Notes under the pieces: model-generated
What the model was told of the DNA's origin: nothing
Seen by the model: the letters and a program-made list of their open reading frames with translations, nothing else
Database searches by the model: none
Virus record (IMG/VR): IMGVR_UViG_3300047160_017115
Coordinates: 23,879 to 87,878 of that record
DNA from: a virus
Taxonomy: Duplodnaviria > Caudoviricetes
Length of the DNA stretch: 64,000 bases
Strand: one strand, 5' to 3'
Translations under genes and position numbers: made by a program
Shown: positions 1 to 8,554 of the stretch, piece by piece
Position numbering within the stretch: position 1 is the stretch's first letter
Layout: each line of letters begins with the position of its first letter

Positions 1-370
1 TGAAGAGGACGCCCTGCGCGGCAAGGCTCGTTGACTTGGCGACCTGACGCCCGGTCTTTAAAAGCGTCCTCGTCGGCATTCTTACGCGGAAAAAGGGCTC
101 GAACGGGAAGTGGTCGTCGAGGACGAACGGCTTCCCCTTCAGGAGCAACACGGCCGGCAGGACCGGCCGTAGCGAGTGCATACCGCTGCTCTCGAGCACG
201 TGCTTGGCGACCAGCAGGCGTCGCTCTTGCTCGCTCTCGCCACCGGTAAAACTGAGCCCCGTGAGCGCGCCGCTGGCCTCCAGGCGCGCCATGGCCAGGG
301 CCCCCTCGTCGGGGAGCCCCTTGGTAACCTCTCTTGCTGTCTTGGGGGCTGAAAGGATCTCGACCGGCAT
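1..370 (-). CDS. terL: Terminase large subunit, N-terminal part (runs off left edge; absent from ORF track)
   Basis: Manual translation from ATG at 370 is open to the edge: MPVEILSAPK...LKGKPFVLDDHFPFEPFFRVRMPTRTLLKTGRQVAKSTSLAAQGVLF. KTGRQVAKST resembles the terminase Walker A (K-x-x-RQ-x-x-K-S/T) preceded by an adenine-binding aromatic segment. Confidence 0.7.
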   Translation of the reverse strand, partial: MPVEILSAPKTAREVTKGLPDEGALAMARLEASGALTGLSFTGGESEQERRLLVAKHVLESSGMHSLRPVLPAVLLLKGKPFVLDDHFPFEPFFRVRMPTRTLLKTGRQVAKSTSLAAQGVLF

Positions 371-484
371 GAAGCACGTCCTTGTGTGCCGCGGGCCGCC
401 GACCGTGGCGGCTTGTCTAGTCTGACGTGGCCGGCCTACGCTGAACGGCGTGACCGACCGAAACACATAGGAAGTGAGCAGAAC

Positions 485-715
485 ATGGCGACGGTCCAGG
501 CCGTGACGTCACGAAGCGCGTGGCAGTTCCTCCGCCGTACGGGGTACCTGCCGACGGATTACTTTCCACGCCCTCGTCTCGACGCCGAAGCGCTACTGGT
601 CCGCCGGGTGCCGTTACACCCCCCACTCCCGTTGCCCGAGATCACACGGGGCGCGGACGGGGAACCGGCACCCGACGCGGCTGGGATCACTCCCTGGCCG
701 CTCGCGGGAGGTTGA
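485..715 (+). CDS. Hypothetical protein
   Basis: ATG at 485 within track ORF 386..715; purine-rich upstream sequence; divergent from terL. Confidence 0.4.
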   Translation: MATVQAVTSRSAWQFLRRTGYLPTDYFPRPRLDAEALLVRRVPLHPPLPLPEITRGADGEPAPDAAGITPWPLAGG

Positions 716-717
716 TA

Positions 718-882
718 GTGGCGAGAGGAGCCGGTGAGTCTGGGGACGGTCCCTTCTTGGCTTGCATGCTCGGCGGCGTCGTTGCCGTCCTGTTTGCCAC
801 CGGGAATACAGTGCCGTTCCTCCTAAGCCTGCTGGGGCTCGCCTTCGCGGCGGGCTGTCTGCAGGGCTTTCGTAAAGGCTAA
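718..882 (+). CDS. Small membrane protein
   Basis: GTG 2 nt after previous stop; hydrophobic stretches LACMLGGVVAVLFA and FLLSLLGLAFAAGCL. Confidence 0.4.
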   Translation: MARGAGESGDGPFLACMLGGVVAVLFATGNTVPFLLSLLGLAFAAGCLQGFRKG

Positions 883-936
883 CCGACATACCTTCAAATC
901 GTATCTCGCCAAACCACAGAAACCTACAAGACCGAG

Positions 937-1287
937 ATGAACCCACACCCATTCCCACTCATCGTCGCGGCGCTAGCGACATGGCAGGCCATTGAGGTCT
1001 GGCACCACTCATCGTTGACGTCCGGGCTCCGGGCGCGTAGCGAGGCTGGGGTCGGCTTCTGGGCCGACCTCAGCCGGTGCGCCTTCTGTCTCTCCAACTG
1101 GGTAGGACCGTGTTGCGTCCTCATCCTGTCCCTTGCCGCCTCCTGGTGGCCCCTGGCCTGGTGCGCCTGGCCGGCCGCGATTATTGTCCACGGACTGGCG
1201 GTCGCCCGACTCGCCAACCTGGGCAATGACCTGACCAAGGCCTACTGTCGTACGCCGGACCACGGCGACGTCGAGGGGCCGCACTGA
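937..1287 (+). CDS. DUF1360-like membrane protein
   Basis: Hydrophobic helices flanking LSRCAFCLSNW, matching the L-x-C-x-x-C-x-S-x-W pattern recalled for DUF1360. Confidence 0.55.
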   Translation: MNPHPFPLIVAALATWQAIEVWHHSSLTSGLRARSEAGVGFWADLSRCAFCLSNWVGPCCVLILSLAASWWPLAWCAWPAAIIVHGLAVARLANLGNDLTKAYCRTPDHGDVEGPH

Positions 1288-1303
1288 CAGCCGGAGCGGG
1301 CAC

Positions 1304-1645
1304 TTGTCCCAACTCCCGTTCGACGCACAGATCGTTCACGACTACCGCGAGCTGACGACGCAACTCCTCGCGTCACACCCCGAGCTCCGGAGCGTCGTGG
1401 TCGTCCTCGACTACCACGGCAAGCTCAACGAGGCCCAGGTCGACCACGCCCTCTGGATGGGCGAGGCGGGCGCCGTCACGGCCCCCGACGCCGTCCTCGG
1501 CGGCATGGGGAACATCCTGAGAGTGCTGCACGCCATGTTCGAGCGCGCGGCCTTGCTCCAGGGGGCGCTCCACGACGAGCTCGCCCGGGTCCTCAAGGAA
1601 CTCGGTCAGGGGAGACCGCCCGTTGACGATACGCCCGCGGGCTAA
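1304..1645 (+). CDS. Hypothetical protein
   Basis: 113-aa ORF tightly packed between neighbours. Confidence 0.6.
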   Translation: MSQLPFDAQIVHDYRELTTQLLASHPELRSVVVVLDYHGKLNEAQVDHALWMGEAGAVTAPDAVLGGMGNILRVLHAMFERAALLQGALHDELARVLKELGQGRPPVDDTPAG

Positions 1646-2249
1646 GGCGATTGTGGACCCGCACCTCGTCGGCCTGACCGCCGAGCCACTCCACGAACTC
1701 CTCTCCCGCCTGGGCATCAAACGCTGGGACTGGCTCCTCGTCGGCGACGGCTCGGGCTGCGAGCCCGACCAGGCCGCCGGCTGGTGCTGTCTCCTCGTCG
1801 CACATACCGGAGAACGTCAGCTCCTCCACGGCGCCCTCAACGCCGGCATCGGCGCCTACGCCGAGTTCCTCCCTTACCTCTGCGGGCTGGAGTGGCTCAC
1901 GACCGTGGTCCACCCCAGGAGCTCGCAAAAAGGCCGTCGCGTCCACCTCGTCACGGACAACGCGCAGTGTTGCACGTTCGGTCAGTGTGATATCACCGCC
2001 AGGGGCTGCCCTCCCCTGCGGTACGCGTTCGAGGGCTTTCGCAAGTTCGGCCTGAAGCTCGAGTGGCACCGCGTGCCGCGCGAGACCGTGGGCCTCCACC
2101 TCTACGCCGACCGCATGAGCCGCGCCGACCGCATCCACTACCGGGACACGGAGCCACAGGGGCCCGAGGTCCAAAGGCCCAAGGACACAAAGAGGTACGC
2201 GACGCTAGATGATTTCAACCCTGTCGGGGGCCGACCAAAACCCGTGTGA
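1623..2249 (+). CDS. Ribonuclease HI-like protein
   Basis: Ordered RNase H motifs: LLVGDGSG, GAYAEFL, VHLVTDN, LEWHRVPRE...LYADRMSR. Confidence 0.7.
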   Translation: MTIRPRAKAIVDPHLVGLTAEPLHELLSRLGIKRWDWLLVGDGSGCEPDQAAGWCCLLVAHTGERQLLHGALNAGIGAYAEFLPYLCGLEWLTTVVHPRSSQKGRRVHLVTDNAQCCTFGQCDITARGCPPLRYAFEGFRKFGLKLEWHRVPRETVGLHLYADRMSRADRIHYRDTEPQGPEVQRPKDTKRYATLDDFNPVGGRPKPV

Positions 2250-2256
2250 GAGCACG

Positions 2257-2697
2257 ATGGCCGGGACCGACGTCCGGGGTTTCTCCGGAGACTACGACAA
2301 ACTCGCCCGCCTCGCCGCCGAGGCGACTGGCGACGACCGCATCGACGCCGCCTGGTTCCGGGCGTTCGTACAGCCTGGCACTTCCGTATGGGTCGTGGGC
2401 GACGAGCCCAGGGCGGCCCTGGGCTTTCAGAACCGGGACGACGACAGCGTCCTGGTGAGCTTCATACTGACAACGCCAGAGTCCTTTGCGGCCGGGGACG
2501 ACATCGTCCTCATGGAAACACTCGTGAGTCGGCTCAAGACCCTCCGCCGGGAGCGTGTCGTCGCGCGCGTCCCCGAGGTCCACCTCGAAGCCCAACTCAC
2601 GTACCAACGCCGCTACAAGTTCCGGTGCGTCGAGATCCTCCGTGGGGTATCCCCCGACGACGAAACCCGGTACCTGTTCGAGCGCCGACAAGGCTGA
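2257..2697 (+). CDS. GNAT/RimI-like acetyltransferase-fold protein
   Basis: C-terminal VVARVPEVHLEAQLTYQRRYKFRCVEILRG...DETRYLF resembles RimI 'LEVRESNxxAQxFYxxxGF...DAYxM'. Confidence 0.55.
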   Translation: MAGTDVRGFSGDYDKLARLAAEATGDDRIDAAWFRAFVQPGTSVWVVGDEPRAALGFQNRDDDSVLVSFILTTPESFAAGDDIVLMETLVSRLKTLRRERVVARVPEVHLEAQLTYQRRYKFRCVEILRGVSPDDETRYLFERRQG

Positions 2698-2708
2698 GGC
2701 CGCCGCGT

Positions 2709-2740
2709 CGGCGGCCCTCTCCACGGGGGCCGCCGACGTG
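2709..2740. other. GC-rich intergenic hairpin
   Basis: GTCGGCGGCCC / GGGCCGCCGAC inverted repeat between the GNAT gene and the first sigma gene; no U-tract. Confidence 0.5.
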
Positions 2741-2766
2741 CCCCTACAACCAGGGAGACCCTAACC

Positions 2767-3615
2767 ATGCCGCGGGCGGAAGGTGCGCACCCGCTAAAGC
2801 CGAAATTCGGCCCCGCCAAGGGACCACGCCATCACGCGGTATGTAAGACACAGGCCCCGGACTTCAACGGGGTGTCGCCTCCCCCCAGGACTCTCAAGGA
2901 GGCGTCGCGTCTCGCCCGCAAGTATTACCCCCACTTCGAGCGCTACTTTCGCTGGCGGGCCCAACGCTACCTCTGGCCGTCCGGGTCGTGCGGCCCCCAG
3001 CAATGCCAGGCAAACGAACTTCTCGGATGGTTCTACGAGTGTTGGGTCCACCTCTGGACGTATTACGACCCCACCAGGGGTTCGGCCCCCAACCTGTTCG
3101 AGTACGTAATCCGTAGCAAGTTTCGCGGCAAGGAACTGTCGTACATCGGCGGGCGCACGACCTCCGACCACAACGGTCTCGAGTTTTATGCGCCTAGGGA
3201 GCTCAGTGAGCTCGAGAAGTACGGTTCTCTTGCGTTCGAAGAAGGCCCCGACGCGCACCCACTCGACCGTCACAAGACCTGCCCCTCGACAGAGGGCGAG
3301 TGGGCCGCCGAGCTCATCGAGGAGCTAGGAGGCCTAGCGGCACTGATCGCGCTCATCCAGAAGCGGTGCGACACAAGGACGGCGGAGATCCTCATCAGGG
3401 CCGCCCGCGGCGAGACGCTCAGCTCGGTCGCCGTGACGTTCGGGGTGACCAAACAACGCGTCAGTCAACTCTGGCAGAAAGGGGCCGAGAGACTCCGCTA
3501 CGCGTTACTGACCACAGGCAAGCTGAAGGAACCCTGGGCCGACACCACGAGGTGGCATCAGATTGACGCGCGGTTCCCGTCCAACCCGTCAGTCGAGAGC
3601 ACGGTACACGCCTAA
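2767..3615 (+). CDS. Sigma-70-family RNA polymerase sigma factor, paralog 1
   Basis: Region-2-like ELLGWFYECWVHLWTYYDPTRG...FEYVIRS; region-4 HTH GETLSSVAVTFGVTKQRVSQL. Confidence 0.75.
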   Translation: MPRAEGAHPLKPKFGPAKGPRHHAVCKTQAPDFNGVSPPPRTLKEASRLARKYYPHFERYFRWRAQRYLWPSGSCGPQQCQANELLGWFYECWVHLWTYYDPTRGSAPNLFEYVIRSKFRGKELSYIGGRTTSDHNGLEFYAPRELSELEKYGSLAFEEGPDAHPLDRHKTCPSTEGEWAAELIEELGGLAALIALIQKRCDTRTAEILIRAARGETLSSVAVTFGVTKQRVSQLWQKGAERLRYALLTTGKLKEPWADTTRWHQIDARFPSNPSVESTVHA

Positions 3616-3618
3616 CAC

Positions 3619-3648
3619 CACCACGGAGGCCAGATGTCACGCGGAACC
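3619..3648 (+). repeat. 30-nt direct repeat (RBS plus first codons) shared by sigma paralogs 2 and 3, copy 1
   Basis: CACCACGGAGGCCAGATGTCACGCGGAACC identical to 4537..4566. Confidence 0.95.
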
Positions 3649-4536
3649 GAGAGGTCGAGGGGCAACGACGTTGCTCACGTCTACGGCGGTCAAGAGTCGT
3701 CGAGGGTGAGGACCGGCAGCCGCTACACCCCGCCAGATTTCAGCGACCTGTCGACCCCTCCCCGCTCGCTCGAAGAGGCGAAGCGCCTCGCGGTCAAGTA
3801 CTACCCACAGTACGAGAACCTCTTGTGGTGGTTCGACAAACGGTTCCGTGCCGGGGCCGCCAGGATGGGGATCAAGAACTTCGAGAGCGGTGAGCTCCTC
3901 GGCTGGCTGTACGAGCGCTGGGTCTACCTCTGGACCATCTACGACCCGGCCAAAGGCGCGGTGACCACCCACTACAACTACTGCGTCCGTGGGTTCTTCA
4001 ACACCGCGGTCTTCAAGCTCAACGGCGGCTACACCCCCGACGGTCACAGTAAGACCAAGCACCGGAGCAACGACTACTTCAGAATTCTCGAGAAGACGGA
4101 GGAGCGAAGTAGTAAGGGCACACGCACGGGCAAGAGACGCTTTGCCACAAAGGACACAGAAAAACCTGCGAACCAACAAGACACCCAAGCCGAGGTGAGG
4201 GAGAACGACTGGTCCACAGACCTTCTGAACAGCCTCGGAGGCCCCGGGGCGCTCGAGGCAATCGTACGCGGTCGCCTCGACGCGAGGACGGCCACGATCC
4301 TGCTCCAGAGTGCCGAGGGGATGAACCTCGGAGACATCGGCCGCGGTCTCGGGATCACTAAAGAGCGCACCCGTCAGCTCCGCGTCCGAGGGGCTAAACA
4401 GCTCAGGAAGCACCTCCTATGTAGGGGGATGCTACACGAACCGTGGCTCACCGACGTCGTGAAACGCGACGACGCCGTCACGTTTGGGTATGGGCACAGG
4501 AGTAAACCACGTACGAAGAACGGACTTGACCGCTAA
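3634..4536 (+). CDS. Sigma-70-family sigma factor, paralog 2
   Basis: ELLGWLYERWVYLWTIYDPAKG...YNYCVRG; HTH GMNLGDIGRGLGITKERTRQL; GGAGG RBS. Confidence 0.8.
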   Translation: MSRGTERSRGNDVAHVYGGQESSRVRTGSRYTPPDFSDLSTPPRSLEEAKRLAVKYYPQYENLLWWFDKRFRAGAARMGIKNFESGELLGWLYERWVYLWTIYDPAKGAVTTHYNYCVRGFFNTAVFKLNGGYTPDGHSKTKHRSNDYFRILEKTEERSSKGTRTGKRRFATKDTEKPANQQDTQAEVRENDWSTDLLNSLGGPGALEAIVRGRLDARTATILLQSAEGMNLGDIGRGLGITKERTRQLRVRGAKQLRKHLLCRGMLHEPWLTDVVKRDDAVTFGYGHRSKPRTKNGLDR

Positions 4537-4566
4537 CACCACGGAGGCCAGATGTCACGCGGAACC
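4537..4566 (+). repeat. 30-nt direct repeat, copy 2
   Basis: Identical to 3619..3648. Confidence 0.95.
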
Positions 4567-5565
4567 AAACACCCTAACGCCGTCGTTAAGCGTCGCGCCT
4601 ACCCCGTGACAACGGCGGGCGCGCCGCAGACCAACAAGAACTTCGTCCCACCCGATTTCAGCAACCTCTCGCCACCGCCACGCCCTCTTGAAGAGGCGAA
4701 GCGTCTCGCGCGTGAGTACTACCCTCACTACGAGAGGCTCCTGTGGTATCACGAAAAGAGATTACGCAAGGGCGCCTACGGGAACGGCGTCAAAGAGTTA
4801 CAGAAAGGGGACATCATCGGGTGGTTGTACGAGTGCTGGGTTCGCGTCTGGACCGTCTACGACCCAACGAGGGGTTCGGTCTCGAACATCTTCGGCTACC
4901 TCACACTCGACTTCTACCGCTCCCACGTCTACGACACCTACGGTGGCCGCAGGTCACGGATGAATAAGAAGACCGAGACCCACGACCACAACTACTTCAG
5001 ACTCCTTGAAAAGGACAACGAACGCCCTCACAAGATCGAAAGCTGGTTGCAACATTTCCACGAGAAGATAGCCCCACACAGCCCCCTGAACTATCTAGAC
5101 ATCCACACCGAGGAGAGAGATAGCGACTGGAGTTCAGAGGTGATGGAGCGCCTCGGTGGGTACGGGAAGCTCGAGACCCTGATACACACGCACCTCGACG
5201 CGAAGACGGCCGATGTCCTACTCAAGAGCAACGAGGGTAAGACGCTCGAAGAGATCGGGACTGAGTACGGCGTCGTCAAGGAACGCATCCGACAGGTCAG
5301 ACTCAAAGGGGCCAAGGAACTCAGACGGCTCCTGCTACGCGAGGGGGCACTGAACGAGCAGTGGCTTGTCGACCTCGCCCGTGACGACGTCGCCACCAGT
5401 TTCAGAAGGCAGTTCCGCCGACAGTCCCTGGGCGGTAAAGACCCACAGATCACACACAAGAGGACCACACGTGACAGCCCGAGCAACAGGAACCGTGCGC
5501 GTGACCCCCAGGGTGACGTGCCAGCAGCTCAACACCTTCGACCGCAAGATGAAACTGGAGCGTGA
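4552..5565 (+). CDS. Sigma-70-family sigma factor, paralog 3
   Basis: DIIGWLYECWVRVWTVYDPTRG; HTH GKTLEEIGTEYGVVKERIRQV; GGAGG RBS. Confidence 0.8.
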   Translation: MSRGTKHPNAVVKRRAYPVTTAGAPQTNKNFVPPDFSNLSPPPRPLEEAKRLAREYYPHYERLLWYHEKRLRKGAYGNGVKELQKGDIIGWLYECWVRVWTVYDPTRGSVSNIFGYLTLDFYRSHVYDTYGGRRSRMNKKTETHDHNYFRLLEKDNERPHKIESWLQHFHEKIAPHSPLNYLDIHTEERDSDWSSEVMERLGGYGKLETLIHTHLDAKTADVLLKSNEGKTLEEIGTEYGVVKERIRQVRLKGAKELRRLLLREGALNEQWLVDLARDDVATSFRRQFRRQSLGGKDPQITHKRTTRDSPSNRNRARDPQGDVPAAQHLRPQDETGA

Positions 5566-5722
5566 ACACAGGCTCGCCGTGACCATTCCCGACGGCGCCT
5601 GCCCCGCCGTCATCGAGGCCGCCCTCATCGATCGCTGCCGGCGGTTGACGCCCTTACGGCACCTCGACGACTTCGAGTTCGAGGTCGTCAATCTCGAAAA
5701 CGGTTTTGGGGACATCCCGTAA
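5549..5722 (+). CDS. Small hypothetical protein
   Basis: ATG 5549 within track ORF 5366..5722; overlaps end of sigma 3. Confidence 0.4.
   Translation: MKLEREHRLAVTIPDGACPAVIEAALIDRCRRLTPLRHLDDFEFEVVNLENGFGDIP
5697..5707. promoter_or_regulatory. AAAAC-S-GTTT(T/C) near-palindrome
   Basis: AAAACGGTTTT, 30 nt before dcd start. Confidence 0.6.
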
Positions 5723-5736
5723 GGAGCCGCACGACG

Positions 5737-6405
5737 ATGCTCGGCAAAGCCGCGATTCTCGAGGAGATGGCGAAGGGGAACATCGTCATCGACCCCTTCG
5801 ACCCCGCCCAGCTCAACCCCAACAGCTACAACCTCAGACTCGACCACGAGCTCCTCATTTACAACGTGACCGATTGGTCCGAGGACCAGAGGCGGCTAGT
5901 CGGGGGCTGGGACCGGAGCCAGGACTACCAACCCATCCTGGACGCCGCGTACAACAACCACACCTGTAAGATCAAGCCCCACCCGTACTCGAAGATGTTC
6001 GGCTACGAACCCGAGGCCCCCAACGTCGACCCCAAGATCTACGAGGACCCTGGCGTCTTCTTCCTGACGCCAGGGAACCTCTACCTCGGCTCGACCATCG
6101 AGTACACGGAGACAGGGACCGGTCTCGTACCGTGCATCGAGGGCAGGTCCTCCGTCGCCAGGCTCGGCCTCTCAGTCCACCTCACGGCGGGCTTCGGGGA
6201 CGCCGGGTTCGAGGGTCAGTGGACCCTCGAGATCACCGTCGTCCATCCCCTTATCGTCTTCCCCGGTATGCAGATCTGTCAGATCTGCTACTCCCGCCTG
6301 GAGGGCGAGCCCCAGCAGTATTCAGGGAAGTATCAGGGCCAGCGCGGCCCCCAACCCAGTCGGTTTTATAAGGAATTCGAGGCCCAACGGCCGAAAGATT
6401 GCTAG
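5737..6405 (+). CDS. dcd: dCTP deaminase
   Basis: QLNPNSYNLRL; IEGRSSVARLGLSVHLTAGFGDAGFEGQWTLEI; QICQI...YSGKYQGQ. Confidence 0.93.
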   Translation: MLGKAAILEEMAKGNIVIDPFDPAQLNPNSYNLRLDHELLIYNVTDWSEDQRRLVGGWDRSQDYQPILDAAYNNHTCKIKPHPYSKMFGYEPEAPNVDPKIYEDPGVFFLTPGNLYLGSTIEYTETGTGLVPCIEGRSSVARLGLSVHLTAGFGDAGFEGQWTLEITVVHPLIVFPGMQICQICYSRLEGEPQQYSGKYQGQRGPQPSRFYKEFEAQRPKDC

Positions 6406-6466
6406 TAACTCCGTACGGTGCCGTACGAGCGACACAGTCCGAGACGGTACTGATGAGACCCAAAAC

Positions 6467-6820
6467 ATGGCAGACCCAGAGAACCCAAACAGGCGACGGA
6501 AACAGAGTGCCCAGGAACGGGCCCAGGACAAGCGTAGGGCCGTCCTGAGCCCTGAGGAGCTCGAGAGACAGGAGAACGTGAACAGGCTCCAGACGACGCT
6601 AGCAGACGCCGGCATGAGCCTCCGGAACGTCAACACCCTGGAGGAGGCGGGGATCTTCACGGTAGGCGATTTGGTGGCCCTGTCGGGAGAACAGGTCAGG
6701 GCCGTGGAGAACTTCGGTGACAGGGCCTACGAGGAGGCCAAACAGGTGGTGAGCCGGTTGGGGGTCTACCCCAAGTCCTGGGGGATGACTCCACCACGGG
6801 GTTCGAAACGGCTGAGGTAG
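6467..6820 (+). CDS. Stand-alone RNA polymerase alpha-subunit C-terminal-domain (HhH) protein
   Basis: LADAGMSLRNVNTLEEAGIFTVGDLVALSGEQVRAVENFGDRAYEEAK matches alpha-CTD 'LSVRxxNxLxxAGIxTVGDLV...NFGxKSxxEIK'. Confidence 0.8.
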   Translation: MADPENPNRRRKQSAQERAQDKRRAVLSPEELERQENVNRLQTTLADAGMSLRNVNTLEEAGIFTVGDLVALSGEQVRAVENFGDRAYEEAKQVVSRLGVYPKSWGMTPPRGSKRLR

Positions 6821-6836
6821 GGATAAGAACGCAGTG

Positions 6837-7001
6837 GTAGTTGCCCGACAGGGATTGGAACCAAAAACAACTACGAGTTGCCTCTTCTTGTTCGGGGAAC
6901 GGATCAGGGGGACGGAGGACCCCCCGTTCCACCGGACAAGAAGAGGGTTAAATAACCCCGTAGGGGTTAACAATAAATAAACAACCAGACTTATCTCTGG
7001 T
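6837..7001. ncRNA. Candidate structured non-coding element (four successive hairpins)
   Basis: GTAGTTG/CAACTAC (6837-43/6868-74); 22-bp stem 6881-6902 with 6924-6946 (1 G-T, 1 bulge); TAACCCC-GTA-GGGGTTA; ACCAGA/TCTGGT. AT-richer than flanks. Confidence 0.45.
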
Positions 7002-7029
7002 CCCGTCCCGCACCCTGCAGGAGCCGTCC

Positions 7030-7803
7030 TTGCCTGATCTGAACTTCGACATTACGGCTGTAGCCTCCGACCCTGTCTCCGCTGCCGTCCGAACCGCCGT
7101 CTTCGGTCCGCTCATGCGGCGCGACGTCCCTCCACACGACGACCCCGAGTGGCCGCGCCGTTACGCTCAACTCAGAACCGTGTGGCACAAACGTATCGCG
7201 TCCCTCCAGGCGCATGGGTGGGACGTCGCCGAGAACGCCCTCCGTCGCCAGTACATGCGGAACTGCCCTCCCGTGGGGGCTCGCTCGGTCGACAGCGCTC
7301 GTAGCTGTCATCGCTCCCGTGTCTGTCCGTTCTGCTACGGTCGAGAACGGGTGAGGGAGCCGCTCGAGCGTCTGCTCCCCTACCTGGGGGAGGACAAGAT
7401 GGTGGTGTCCTTCCGAGCCGTCGCCGACTTCCAGCGCGTCGCTCAGTTCGAGCCGCTACTCCTCTCCATGATAAAGGCCGACAGGGCGCGTGAGGCCCGC
7501 CAACTTACCGGGGCCGGTTACGTCAACCAGCGCCTCTACCTGGACCGGGAGGTTGTGGGGATTGAGCGTCGCGGCATCTTCGTCTGCCCGAAAGGACCTT
7601 TGTCGTCTCTCGGTGGTGTTAAGGTGTGGCGTCACCACCCGACTGAGGAGGCACTTTGTAAGGCGGCGTCGTACGCCCTCTCCTACTCACCCTGGTTCCT
7701 TCAGGGGTTGCCGCAGGACGTCGTCGTTGTCATGAAAGGTTTGGGCAAGACGCGCCTGCTGGTAGGTTACGGGCTCCAGGCCGACACCGAGTCGGACGAG
7801 TAG
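7030..7803 (+). CDS. Hypothetical protein with Cys cluster (NCP...C-x5-CPFC)
   Basis: RNCPP...RSCHRSRVCPFCYGR; GGAG RBS before TTG. Confidence 0.6.
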   Translation: MPDLNFDITAVASDPVSAAVRTAVFGPLMRRDVPPHDDPEWPRRYAQLRTVWHKRIASLQAHGWDVAENALRRQYMRNCPPVGARSVDSARSCHRSRVCPFCYGRERVREPLERLLPYLGEDKMVVSFRAVADFQRVAQFEPLLLSMIKADRAREARQLTGAGYVNQRLYLDREVVGIERRGIFVCPKGPLSSLGGVKVWRHHPTEEALCKAASYALSYSPWFLQGLPQDVVVVMKGLGKTRLLVGYGLQADTESDE

Positions 7804-7814
7804 AAAACGGTTTC
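7804..7814. promoter_or_regulatory. AAAAC-S-GTTT(T/C) near-palindrome
   Basis: AAAACGGTTTC directly after a stop, 12 nt before the PIG-L gene. Confidence 0.6.
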
Positions 7815-7825
7815 GGGCCGAACCC

Positions 7826-8548
7826 GTGTTCCAAGACCACACGCGCGTCATGGTCCTCGCCCCCCACGCCGACGATGAGTCGCTGGGGTGCGGTGGCCTC
7901 CTCTCCCGTTTCAGATCGAGTTTCGAGGCCAGAGGGGAACCGCATACCTCCCTGGTTCTGTGCTCAAACTCCGACGTCACCGTCCACCACGGCCTGTCCC
8001 ACCGTTTCGTTGCGGCTACGGAACGTAGGAAAGAGTTCGAAGCCGTCGCCTGGCAGTTGGCGGCTTCGACGTGTTTCCTCACGTTCAAAACCCGACACCT
8101 ACGCGACGAGCCTTCCCTTCTCGTGCAGACCTTGGAACACGTTATTGAGGGCGAACGGCCCTCTGTGCTCCTGATCCCAGGCCCGTCCTTCCACGAGGAT
8201 CACACCGCCGTCTACCGTGCGGCCGTCGCCGCGCTGCGTCCCAGGCACTGTCGTTCCGTCCGCCTCGTCCTGGCGTACGAGACGCCCTATTACGCGTGGG
8301 CGGCCCAGGGCGACACTTTCGTCCCCGACGTCTTCGTGCGCCTCTCTACGGCCGAGCTAGAGGCCAAGAAACGCCTCTGTGCGTTCTACACGTCCCAACG
8401 CCTCGACACCCCTGACGGTCAGGAGGCCGTTGAGCGCCTGGCGCGTCGTCGTGGCGCCGAGCTGGAGCCTGTGCCCCACCCCTCCGAGCTCGACGCCGGT
8501 CCTCCCCTGGCCGAGGCCTATAGCCTCGTCCGTTGCGTCCTCAACTAG
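7826..8548 (+). CDS. PIG-L/LmbE-family deacetylase
   Basis: VLAPHADDESLGCGG and FHEDH metal-binding motifs; YETP and AE.F C-terminal patterns. Confidence 0.9.
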   Translation: MFQDHTRVMVLAPHADDESLGCGGLLSRFRSSFEARGEPHTSLVLCSNSDVTVHHGLSHRFVAATERRKEFEAVAWQLAASTCFLTFKTRHLRDEPSLLVQTLEHVIEGERPSVLLIPGPSFHEDHTAVYRAAVAALRPRHCRSVRLVLAYETPYYAWAAQGDTFVPDVFVRLSTAELEAKKRLCAFYTSQRLDTPDGQEAVERLARRRGAELEPVPHPSELDAGPPLAEAYSLVRCVLN

Positions 8549-8554
8549 CGGTTT

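Noticed and set aside
6391-6470. CTGATGA with nearby GAAA suggesting a hammerhead ribozyme or box C
   Set aside because: Stems I-III could not be paired around the core; the likely GAAA lies inside coding sequence.
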